Made by a program: the position numbers and the translations under genes. Of a stretch of 64,000 nucleotides of DNA, positions 24,245 through 36,000 are shown in pieces (within the stretch, counting starts at the first letter, position 1; each line of letters starts with the position of its first letter). The stretch is from NCBI GenBank assembly GCA_030704615.1, contig CM060731.1, positions 94,426,001 to 94,490,000 of the forward strand, in the 5' to 3' direction. The notes under the pieces were generated by a model, which ran no database searches, was not told where the DNA came from, and saw only the letters and a program-made list of their open reading frames with translations. The stretch comes from Takakia lepidozioides. Its lineage: Eukaryota; Plantae; Bryophyta.

Positions 24245-24676
24245 TGGCCTACGTCCGAAGTATAATTTCCGGAGCTTGCGACGAGGTCTCCTGTCTGGTG
24301 CACGAACTCCCCCCTCTCAGGTTCGAGCATAAGAAGAACAGAGAGAGGGAAAAGGGGCAAAGAGTGCAGATGGAAAGGGCGCGAGAGGGGTGACTGAGGA
24401 GACACGACAAAAGTAGATGAAACGGCGGTGATGCACCACTTGGGTTCGAAAGGTTGGACGAAAGTGTCTCCTCGTGGAGTTTGCGTCATTACGAAATTCG
24501 AATCGTTGAGGGTACGCCGCCGTCCGAAAATCAAACATCATTATCCAACGGTCAGGCCGCGCCGCCTCATGCCCCTTCAGTCAGATAGAGTGCCGACATG
24601 TGCAGCAATTCCGTTGCTCCACGTGTTCACATTTCAAGGCATTTCCGTCCCAGCGTCTGATGAGTTGGAGCGAGAA

Positions 24677-25627
24677 TGCGAATGCGGCGCCGCATTTCCG
24701 TTAAGTACGATCACTCTGCTACACATCCGTACTTGTTGGAAGAAAATGCGGCACCGCATTTCCGTTCCACCTTCACATACCTTAGTTGTTGAACGGAAAT
24801 ACGGTGCCGCATTTCCGTCCCACAGCTCCATGTATGAGATTCAGAAGGGAAATGCGGCGCCGCATTTCCGTTCCCACTTCACATACGTTAGTTGATGAAT
24901 GGAAATGCCGTGCCACATTTCCGTTCGGGAAAGTATAGAGGTCTCACCTGGACAGAAATGCGGTGTCGCATTTCCGGTCTGGAAAGGTTGAAGGTCTCAC
25001 ATGGATGGAAATGCGGCAACACATTTCCGTAGCACAGCTCCAGGCCGAATATACAAAACGGAAATGCGGCGCCGCATTTCCGTTCGAGAATGTCGGAAGG
25101 TGCGACTCGAACGGAAATGCGGTGCCGCATTTCTGTACCCGTTGCGCACGATTTTCAGTCAGAATGGAAATGCGGTACCGCATTTCCGTTCTGTAGAGTA
25201 TTAACGTCTGACGCTGGCGGAAATGCCTTCCCGCATTTTCGTTCCACAGCTCCATGCCTCACATACAAAACGGAAATGCGGTGCCGCATTTCCGTTTTGG
25301 AATGTCGGATGGTGGGACTCCGACGGAAATGCGGTACCGCATTTCAATTCCGATGTTTCAGGATATTTCATCAGAACGGAAATGCGGTGCCGCATTTCCC
25401 TTTTAAATCTAATACATTCCGTTCTGGAATGTTGGGAGGTGCGACTCGGATGGAAATGCGCTGCCGCATTTCAGTTCCGATGGTTCACGATTTTCAGTCA
25501 GAACGGAAATGCGGTGCCGCATTTCCGTTCTGGAATGATGGTAGGTGCGACTCGGATGGAAATACGGTGCCGCATTTCAGTTCCGATGGTTCACGATTTT
25601 CAGTCAGAACGGAAATGCGGTGCCGCA
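24677..25627. repeat. Third array of the 24-bp palindrome, at least 18 units, 53-bp period, running into the gap
   Basis: One unit at 24677, then 13 units from 24741 to 25377 in exact 53-bp steps, then 25451, 25504, 25557, 25610. Confidence 0.95.
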
Positions 25628-26127
25628 NNNNNNNNNNNNNNNNNNNNNNNNNNNNNNNNNNNNNNNNNNNNNNNNNNNNNNNNNNNNNNNNNNNNNNNNN
25701 NNNNNNNNNNNNNNNNNNNNNNNNNNNNNNNNNNNNNNNNNNNNNNNNNNNNNNNNNNNNNNNNNNNNNNNNNNNNNNNNNNNNNNNNNNNNNNNNNNNN
25801 NNNNNNNNNNNNNNNNNNNNNNNNNNNNNNNNNNNNNNNNNNNNNNNNNNNNNNNNNNNNNNNNNNNNNNNNNNNNNNNNNNNNNNNNNNNNNNNNNNNN
25901 NNNNNNNNNNNNNNNNNNNNNNNNNNNNNNNNNNNNNNNNNNNNNNNNNNNNNNNNNNNNNNNNNNNNNNNNNNNNNNNNNNNNNNNNNNNNNNNNNNNN
26001 NNNNNNNNNNNNNNNNNNNNNNNNNNNNNNNNNNNNNNNNNNNNNNNNNNNNNNNNNNNNNNNNNNNNNNNNNNNNNNNNNNNNNNNNNNNNNNNNNNNN
26101 NNNNNNNNNNNNNNNNNNNNNNNNNNN
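25628..26127. other. Assembly gap (500 N)
   Basis: Run of exactly 500 N. Confidence 1.
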
Positions 26128-27200
26128 ACACCCCTACGAACAGGGAGTCGATGTCCTCATCGACTTGTCATTTTGTAGAAACTAACATCCAAGTTTGTGG
26201 CGTCCCACATCAAGGAGTTTGTGTCCGTACCATGGCGTCCCATGGCAAAAACCAAAACCCCCACTTGACTCAACTCTCCACTAGCTAGTTCGGCCGACTT
26301 CCTCCAAGTCCCGGCCAAGGGTGAGCCTCTCAAGCTCCTCCCAGTGCACTCTTCTTGACCCACTTCAGGCCAAAGAACGATCCTCCCCGAGGATCGAATC
26401 GCCTTACTGCAACAACATTGCTTGCGATCGCTCATGATCCCGTTTTTTTGCATCACCTTGAGCAAGGGTTCACCTTGAACCCTTTTTTACTAGGAAGATA
26501 ACCTTGAACCAACCGTGCGTCCCAATCACTACAATTGGGTCCGCCTTGGAATGTTGGCCTGAGGTACGGGAACACGCCGAAGCCGCACTACGACTTCATC
26601 CCGAGGTTACACGATTATAGTACGTGAACGGAAGCACGTAGCTTCTGCGTTATTCTGCACTACAAGACAACCCCCTCGGTAGCGCAGTTATAGTACGCGC
26701 ACGCGCCAGGTGCGCACTAGCACGTGAACTCCCAAAGAAGGCGCAAGTTTCCTTGCCCCTTGGATGGGAGTGACCCGATTTTGGCACTGCGCAAACACAC
26801 GATTTGTCGCGGCCCTTTGCCTTGAGGGCAGGGGGTCGGGACACATGAGGGGCTGCCCCTGTGGTGGGGGCAGTGGCAGCGATAGGTACGGGGGGCTGAA
26901 GCACCCTTGAGTGCCCAAGGCACTCAAGGAGGCGGAGGTGCTCACTAGGTGGAGCCCTGCACACCAGGATGCGGTGGGGGTGGCTTCACAAAGGGGTGGT
27001 GGTAGCTTAGCGGGACTTAGTGGGGGTGGCATAGGACTCACCTTGGGGCGGAGACCTCATGGTGGGAGTTGTGGGGAGTCTTGGGACTCATCACGGTCCA
27101 TAGGGACCGTGGTGGGTGGGCCAAGACTCACCGCGACTCATCACCGGGAGTCGAGGGTTTTCGTGGTGGTTCGCCATAAAATGGCATGGTTGTTTGTGAA
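26128..27200. mobile_element. Inverted chromovirus 3' UTR (26128-26804) interrupted by a plus-strand LTR of the same family (26805-~27200, truncated)
   Basis: 26128-26804 is the reverse complement of ~8851-9529. The LTR starts TGTCGCGGCC directly after CGATT. Confidence 0.9.
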
Positions 27201-27559
27201 ATTCGAACTCAGGGCAGGTTATACCCTGCCTAGGGTTAATGCAATTGCCCATTTTCTGGGCAACCTGATGACAATATTCATTTCCTAATTCATTGTCAGT
27301 GGTGATCGGCTGCGTACATCTGTGGGAAACACATGACGTGCGTACACACATGACGTGCATTCGTTTGTGTCAAGTCCAATGGCTTCATCAGAACTTCATC
27401 TTAGCAATCCTGGATAATTTTATCCGCAAAATTAGGCGCCTCCCACTGAAATAGGCCCTGTAAGTTCCTAATTGCAAGATGACGTGGTGTGAGCCTGTGT
27501 TGGGCTCGCGGGCTCCTGGGCTCACGGAATAGCATCCCTGAAGTCGGACTGAGTGTAGC

Positions 27560-27930
27560 CATGAGTGTGGTAACCCTTGTAGTGGATACCCTTGCAGTAA
27601 CCCGAACTCAGGCCAAAAAGCAGAAACCTCCAGATAAGGAAGATGAAACCGAAGAAGACAGGAAACAATATCCAGAAACTGCAGCATGGCGGGAAGAAAA
27701 GAGCTTACACCAGGAAGTAAGCGAGGCCATAGCTCAATTACAAGAAGGAACTCACATACCTTCGGGAGATCCAACTCCAGATAATCAGAGCAGACCAACG
27801 ACAAAGACCACGAATGAAACCACGGAGACAACATTGGCTGAAGTAATATGCCAGACCAAGACCCAAATCACCATTGGACAATTATTAAAAATTGCTCCAC
27901 AATGCAAGAAAACTTTATTTGGGGGTGTTT
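27560..27930 (+). pseudogene. Fragment of a Ty3/Gypsy gag-protease linker region
   Basis: LAVTRTQAK...TQITIGQLLKIAPQCKKTL resembles the pre-protease segment of Gypsy polyproteins. Confidence 0.45.
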
Positions 27931-28081
27931 TGGCGAGGAATCGACCCTGCGCGGGGGGGGGGGGGGGGGGGGCAGGGCGCGGTGACCGCGGCGGCGAGGG
28001 GGGTGCGAGGCGGAGGGCGGAGGTGAGGCCACGCAGGCAGGCCCGCTGAGGGAGCATTGAACTCCCGGCCTCTTTTATCAC

Positions 28082-28690
28082 TTGCCATTCATGCCAAAAG
28101 GTGGAGGAATCGTTAACGTGAAGGTTCAACCGGCAAAGTTGTTGCCTCCACCACTTCGTATGGTCGACAGAAGAGGCATTGTTGTTCGCATCACTGCAAA
28201 GATGTATGGATTTGGCAACGTGGATCAGCAGTTTACGGACAGTGTGAAAGAAAGCGTGGCCAACACGCTCCACGAGAATGAAATCGATGATGAATCGAAC
28301 TTCGAATACGATATACAAGGTTTCGATTCCAAATCAAAACTGGTATGTGGACTTTTTCTTTATGCGGAATCGTCGACAGGATGTATGTTGGGGGGCGGCT
28401 CGCTGGGGGGTCATAATGGGAAACCTGAGCGATTGGCTCATCTTGCTGTGAAAGATCTGCTGAAAGAATTGTCCGATGGAGGTTGCACTGACGAGCATGT
28501 GCAGGATCAGCTTATTATCTTCATGACCTTAGCTACGAGTATCGGAGATCATGACTGGACCTATCACTCTGCACACGGAGACTGCTATTCACTTTGCTCA
28601 CCATATGACTGATGCAAAAATTACAATAACTTCAATCACAGGAAGCCATAGGAATCTCACAAGGTGTCAAGGGATTGGCTATACACTACA
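28082..28690 (+). pseudogene. RNA 3'-terminal phosphate cyclase (RtcA-like) C-terminal half; intronless, frameshifted
   Basis: FMPKGGGIVNVKVQP...LFLYAESSTGCMLGG...GGCTDEHVQDQLIIFMTLA, then after a frameshift TGPITLHTETAIHF, all characteristic of RtcA. The N-terminus is missing. Confidence 0.75.
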
Positions 28691-29333
28691 GTGAGCATCT
28701 GATGAGTGTGCAGGTTTTCTTGACACGAAGCATGATGTCAAACTCAGTCGGATTGTGTAAGTGGTAGCTTGTCATTGCCACTGCAAGATACTCTTGAGAT
28801 TGCAGCAACATCGCTCAATGCACATTGAAACTGTTGACAGTGCACTTGTCCTGGTGGAAATTCTGGATCAGTATGGAGGTTACCTGTGTGCTTGAAAGTG
28901 TTAAGGACCTTTCTTCTTTTTCTTCTGCTTCTACATACATGCATGATGCAGTTAAGCCTGCCTTACGTCGGCATCTGCTCTAATCTTCTCGCAGAGGCCA
29001 GGTGCGGTCAAGCATCAGCAATTTTGTGACTACAATGTATGTCAAAATCGTCTGAGGCTGGCAAGATGGCTTGATTGTAGCATAAAAATCTGTAACAATG
29101 TAACAGCAAGATAACAATAAACATTGTACAATGACAAGGCCTCGTCTCCAGTTGTCATTGTATGGCCATGAGTCCCATACTTCCATGCAAAATGAATCTT
29201 CTCTGTCACTGCTTGCTTAAGGGAACAGCTCAGAAAAGGAGAAATCAACTGAATTAGTTTAATGAAAATGTGTCTTAGCATAGTGCCTGAAATTTAAAAA
29301 TAGTGCTGCAGTGTCTTTCAATGTGTTGCCTGA

Positions 29334-32300
29334 CTATTTTGAAGCTGATTCTTTGGGTGCTTTCTTTACCTCAAGCAATTCCACATTCATTTCAAATGTG
29401 GCGCCCGGCTGCACAAACCAGAATTTGACATCAGTCTCAGCCCCCCTCTCCTTCAGCTACGAATGGCACACACAGCAGGAGTATCTCAAAGCCAAGTCCC
29501 CTGAAGGTAACCCTTAAGGTATGCCCCTGACATTTGCACTGAAAGGTCAGAAGACTCATTGTACAGCAAATACCACACAATGTGAAGACACATCAATAAG
29601 AGAATGAACTAGAAAAACAGAGGGGGCACAGAGATAGAAAAGAGAAGGGAGGACAAGTACGAGAGATAGACCACCTAAGCATCAACTGAAAAGCAAAGAG
29701 GCTTATGAGACAACCGTTGAAGATAAGTGATGTTGATTCCTCATTAACTCCAGGCACCTTAGAAAAGACACTGAAGCAAAACCAAATAAGAGGATCTATC
29801 AAGCTCAACCAACATACTGAGACATTAAATTACCGGTATCTCGTTCAATCCCTTCTTGCCATAGCCTGCCTCCGGTGGTACAATAACCGTTCGCTGTCGA
29901 ATACACCCAGGTACCACATGTCAGTCGACAAATGCAGTGGAGCCCCACACCAAGGCAAGGTATTCACAAGCACTTTCTTTGAGCTGCTATGTGAGTGCTG
30001 TGCAACTATTATGAGGTAGCCAAACATATGCCGTATCAGTCCAGGGTAAAACCCAAACTAACAAGTCAGACAAAGTGCATGCTTTTATGACTGTCATTGA
30101 CAACCCTTGGATCATCAACTGCATGATGCATCCCTTATACCCTTATACACTTCATCAGCTACTGACAGCAGGTGCAGTCAAAGGTTCAGGGGATAGCATT
30201 ATACATGATTCTTCATCTGCATGCAAGTATTGAAGAAATGAACATTTCTAACACATTCAACTGTTCCATAAGTCCTCCAAGCTTCGAGCAAGCATATGAA
30301 GTTCCTTCTTCCCGATCTTTACAGAACATATTATCCCTTTCTGGAAGTAACAAAAACATTCGACCCCATAATATTGACAACATGATGCAACTTGTAGTCA
30401 ATGAAGTCACATCACTTACCTTGCCACCGACCCGCATGCCCTCAGTGACTGTATACAAAGCAGGGGGAGGTTTTGGTGATGCCTGAGCAGAAAATAGCCC
30501 ATTGGCAGCATCCACAAACTCCCGCTTGCGCTCTTTACCAGCAGGTGCTCCAACAATAAACTCATAAGGCTGCTAGTATGAAGAGATGAGCTTCGATTAG
30601 CAGTGCATACCCTACTTAGCCACCAAAATTTGACATGGTTCAAGAACTAAACAAATATCATAGTCAACTCCTCTTTCCACCCCTGGATTGAACTACATGT
30701 AACTTTGCCCTGGTGGTTAAACGAATGGAATCACCTGAGCAATGGTGCGATTGCCTGCAAGGATCTTGGATTCTCTACTTGACACGGCCGTTATGCTGCG
30801 GTACACACAGTCAAAATGTACCTGCCAGATAATTTCCTCTCCAGTGTTGTCAGTATCTGGGGCACACATGCTGAAAAGTGCCCAAAAGTGATTGTGAAGG
30901 AACTATTCAAATTGAAATTCGAAAAGACATTTACATCCCAAGATAGCCCACCACCAAAGGAAGGTGTCAGATCAAAGTACGGAGAAGACATGGCTATTTT
31001 CCCCAAAAACAACTTCCAGAGGTGCATAGGCTCACAAAACCAAGCCACAAAACAGCATTGATCTTCATACTGAAATACCTGTGATAAAAATGAGGCTATC
31101 TCTGAATAAACAATGGTACTATAAACAACTCTTGAATGAAAAGATTGAAAACCATCAAATAAGGGTGCATGTTTCAGCTTAGATGTGTACTCAGACTGAA
31201 GCACTCGCAAAACTCCGACAAAGGAACACAAGAAAGACAGAAATAATAGAGATGTTTGGTAATTAGGGCCAAGAGTGCTCGTGCCAAAAAGGTACATGGA
31301 GTGAACAAAGGCAAGCACAAAAAGGTCCTAGGAACAAGCCGTAGGATAGAACAGATAGAAGCAAGTAGAACAGGATGGACATACCATAACAGTTTCCCCA
31401 ATCTCAGCAACTGAGCCATTTCCTTGTTGTATGTCATAGAATTTGAGCCCACTGCCTGCTTGAGTCAAGTCCCCAAACAGAATGTTCACACTGATAAGAA
31501 TGAGCCCATGCTTCACAAGCGTACGCTTCAAACATGTATGTATATTCAGAGACAGACTTCACATGGTCACTGAAAGTAACCAGACACATGATTCACCAGT
31601 CGGAGTTAGAGGGCGGTCGTACAACAGTCATTATCACCCTCACAAAGTGACAGACTGGAATTCATCATGGACTATCTGCCGAGGCATCTCATGACTCCAT
31701 CTTGACAGTCGGTAAGATTACAGGATAAGCACCTGCTCAAATTCATGACATAAAATCAGGACCGTAGCCTTAAAATTAATCTGTAGGTTTGAAACCAATT
31801 TGTCCAGCTTCACCCTTGCGAAGGAAGAGTCATTGAACAACTGCAGAAACCCACCGAGGAGGAACATTTGAGCACCTAACAAGCTCAAGTAAAAGTTTAT
31901 CAAGCTTCCCTAAACTCTCATTATTTGATCAATCTCCCTAAATTAGATATCTAGTGCGATGAATGTATACCATAAAGCTGCACAGGGGACTGAGAATAAT
32001 GAATTTTCTCGTGTACCTCCATACAAGATGACAAAACTTGAACCCCAAACCCTAAAGTTAATTCTGAAAACAACATCATGGAACTAGTAAAATAACTCAT
32101 CCCATAACTTGTTTTCCCTTCTTGCAGATTGTGTGCATTACTCCACAATATGGCGAGCGCCATACTGCTCGTCTCAAAGTTAGTTGGAAATTCCTTCAAA
32201 TTCAACAAGATACAGTCCTTCCGATTAAATTCATCAAGCTCAGTTCTTCACACACTTCCTTCCAATCACAATGCTTGAGGCACAAACTGTTACCTGACAT

Positions 32301-33071
32301 GATCAGCTGGAAATTAATGGCATCTAGGATTGAAAGTGATCAGGAGATTAGAATGATCTTCAAAAATCATGACCGCCTTCACGGATATCTCTTCAAAAGA
32401 AATAATGCCAATCTCTGTCCCTACTGCTGTGATCATGTAAAGATTTAGAATTTGAGTAACGTTGAAATCTAGAATATGTAGCTCATTTACACGGAAAATC
32501 CTTGAGAAGTGATCATGGATTCACTTCTCATGGATGTACAATGGTGTACATTGCTCAACGCGTTTATCCTGAGTTGAGTCGGTCCCTAGACAAGGACTTT
32601 TAAGTAGCACTGCCCCGCTGAATATGAACACCCTCAACAGCAAAATTTTCACATTGTGTAATGGGCAGGCAAGGCAAGAATCATACTGCTCGTCAGATAA
32701 TCCTCAGCCGGTATCTCCTTCTTATTTCTTCGATCTCTCGCAAATGCACTTCCTCCACCGCCCAACACTCCAACTGCTGCAGCCAATGCAGAACCGCACA
32801 CCTCCCTCCTGCTCGCATGCATTCCCAATGCCAATACCCGACCTAGTTCACTTCCACAAACACCCCCTCGTCTCTCATCAACTTTCAACTCCCCATTGTT
32901 CTCCGAGGAGCTGCAACAGGCTTGTTCTGGGACGACATTGCACGCAATTGAGCTTCGAAAATTGGCAGTAGCATTGAGATTCGTCGAATTTCTGACTGAA
33001 AGAGTGGTGGGGGTCGGGGAAACGGCCGAGCGGGGGCAGAGAGAGGGCGAGAATGCCAGGATGGAGGCCAT
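29334..33071 (-). CDS. FKBP18: Chloroplast thylakoid-lumen FKBP-type peptidyl-prolyl isomerase, FKBP18-like (275 aa, 6 exons)
   Basis: Exons 33071-32687, 31455-31385, 30821-30735, 30569-30420, 29893-29834, 29408-29334, all GT-AG and in phase. Transit peptide with twin Arg (SRRE), then ARDRRNKK.IP.EDY..SGLKFYDI..G.G..VHFDC.YRSITA.SSRESKILAGNRTIAQPYEF.VG...NGLFSAQASPKPPPALY..TEGMRVGGKRTVIVPPEAGYG..G.NEIPPGATFE.NVELL. Confidence 0.93.
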
Positions 33072-36000
33072 AGCCAGAGCTATCGTCCTGTAATATCGCA
33101 TGCATTATGGATTTTTCTCTTTTTCCCCCTCTGGATTATATTTTCGATCATGCACCAATGATATTTACTTCAAAAGCATTTGGGCTTCTAGCAGTAATAA
33201 AGTTTACTTATAAAATTTTGAGGCCTAAAATTTATTATGGATGAAAGATCTTAGTACTGAGAGCCATTGCTCTCCCAGCAGCCTATTTTGCTTCATGACT
33301 TCAACAACATGGGTCCTTAAGAAGAGACCAGAAGCAATTTCAAAGAGGGAGACAGCAGATGGTATGTGATGACAACAGGCTTGGAAGAAGCAAATGTACA
33401 CAAGGTTGTTGCAACCTAATCTACACACTACTTCCTGCGTAATGACATAATCAACGAGTTTTTCAAGGAAAACTAGATTGCCTCTGGAACATTTACAATT
33501 ATCAAGAAACAAGTGTCAAAATTGATCTAGCTGGCTATAAGATGGTTCGTTTCAGAAATGACCAACTGCTCATTTTCAGAACATGCCCACTGCTGTTTAT
33601 TTAGCCCCTCCAGTTCTTGGAATGAAACTGAACAAGCTCTTGCTCAGAGTGTCTGAGCTCCACATCGCTTTAACCTTGTGGTGCTCCTCCTCCTTCACCT
33701 CCTCTGTTTTGTGGTGCTTCTCCATGTGCTCCTTCTGTCGTGCACCTACATGTCCTCCTCTTTCTTCTATAGGCAGTAACAGTTTGCTCAAGCCCTTGAA
33801 GTGCTTGCTTTGCCTCCTGAAGCTCTTGCAATAACTTAGCCTTGTCTGTGTTGTGGTGCTGCTGCATATCCTCTCTGGTCATGTTCTCCACCTGCAAGGA
33901 ACCACACAAAACCCCCCACAGGATCAGCAAAACTTGTGAGATACACAGGGAGGAGATGCTTCAGGGAGCACTAGGAAGATACTCTAGTGGATCAACATAC
34001 CTTTGATCGGGAACTGCACTATATGCAGGGAAATTGCTTTTAGGACTTTTCATCTTGCGAGATGAATGTCTTCAGTCTTCCACAGATAAGTGGTAGGCCA
34101 CCTCTGTGAGGCTGTCACTGCAAGGGAGCCTCGATACTCACAATTTAGATTTATAAATCTGATGGGTAGAGATAAAGGCGACTATTAGTGCTTTAGTGTT
34201 TACAAGTGGTCAAATCATCTGCAAATGACAAGGAGTTTCTCCAGGCAAAAACCAGAGGACAAGCAAGAAACAGGGAAAATTGAGTTGTCAACCACGAAAT
34301 GAAATGAAATGGTGCTTTATAACGTCCGCGGAAGCTCATAGAGCTTATGGGACAAAATGGAAGAAAACATGAGAGAGGAAACAAAACCAGAGCCAAAAAT
34401 AAAAACTATTGCTTGAGAGAGAAGAAAAGAGGAAGACGAGAGAGAGCAGGGAGAATGTACTCGTTGTCATCCCCTGCAAATGGTGCCCACAACATATCCT
34501 CCAGAGGGCAGTGTCAGTCCACCAGGGCATAGGAGACTCAGCTCGAAATTACAAAACCACCCACATACAGGCAATGAGAATCCAGATACAGGAGCTGAGT
34601 GCTGATTTTAGCTGGCATTAACATCAGACTAGAAAGCATGAGGTTAGTTCCAACAGTGTTCTTCTAACCTATCTGACTCCTATGCCTGTTGTCGCACTGC
34701 CACTGACACTGACAGAAAAGAAGGAAACTTTCAAGCATGCACAGGGGGTCTAGAAAGAGAGACATAAAATAGAGAAAATAACCTCCATGGGGGTCCCCAA
34801 GGGAGAGGTAGAGGCTCTTTTCCCAATAATTTTATGCTTTTGTGGGAAGTCCACTGCGACCTTCAATGGCCTCGCTGGCTCAACACGCCTTCAGTGCTTA
34901 TGAAGAAGTGAAGATCTGCCATGCTTCGGTTTGTTCTCCAGGAGAGGATCTTTTTGCTAGTCATCACGGGAGTTACCCAACGTCATGTGAGAGCCTTTTT
35001 TTGTTATGCTACATGCAGTTATCGCTTACGTCTCCAGAGGTGACTTGTGCTTCAAGATAGTTCTAGAAGCTTGAACGTTTGTGCCTTTGTAGCCTCCCTT
35101 CTTGGCATCTCTTCCAATCCATGACATTTCCTTGCACAAGGGTTTTGTACAGAGGCTTGCTATGAGGACTTGCCCCAGGGTTTGGCTTGACACCTTCCTA
35201 TGAAATCACTTAAAACTTGAGCCAAAACAGAATAGAAACCCCAGTTACTTAATGTGTAGATACATAGGAACTTTCGAGTCCTTGGAGGAGGGTTGGGCAA
35301 CCACGTTGCCTTGGGTATGGCCGTTGACGTTCTAGAGATTTCAGCGTAAAATACCAACCTGAAAATTTCAAAGCACAGGTGTGAAATCTTCTTGCAATCT
35401 CTACAAGCAAGGAAAGGTTCATGTTCTCAGCAGAGCATCCACAAACTTCAAGATTGCACCACTATACAAGGACCCTTAGACAACCTGCATTAAATCTGCC
35501 TGTTGCTGCGCTTTGAATATGAGAAGCCCTTCGTAGAACATTGCTTGACCTTTGAACAGCTCCTGTTCCTCGGCCTTAGCTAGTTGGCACTCCTTTTCTA
35601 CCATCTCCAATGTCTTCATTTCCATTCCCTCAGCTAGTCGTGCCCTGTGCAACAACAACATATCAAAAGCTTACAATCCGGCATCACTGTTTCTAACATC
35701 GTCTTAATTTGCACACAAGGCTGCTAGCATCTTCAAAAGTCTCAGAAATCCTGGATGCTTATTATGGAGGATTAAAATGACAAGGATTGTTTCCATCGAA
35801 GTGGGATGACTTATACAAAGTGACAGATAGAAGATATGCCCAGACCTGAAGGTCTACAGGTCCTGATAGACAGCCATCACCATGGTGCTGGAGTCCAGTA
35901 AATCCAGACTCAATGCCTAAAAAGGTTTTATTGCTGATCCAAATTGCAAGAAACGATCTCAGCAGCAGATCCAAAATTGCCGTAGCACTCATCCAGAGTT

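Larger units (their letters stand above)
16471..25627. mobile_element. Copy B of putative Mutator-like ParB-MTase DNA transposon (left terminus to the scaffold gap)
   Basis: Terminus G10-CTGCTATTTCATGAGC shared with copy C. Contains two palindrome arrays and the intact-looking ParB-MTase gene. Colinear with copy A. Confidence 0.8.

Noticed and set aside
25090-26288. Long ORFs crossing the N run
   Set aside because: Artefact of the assembly gap.
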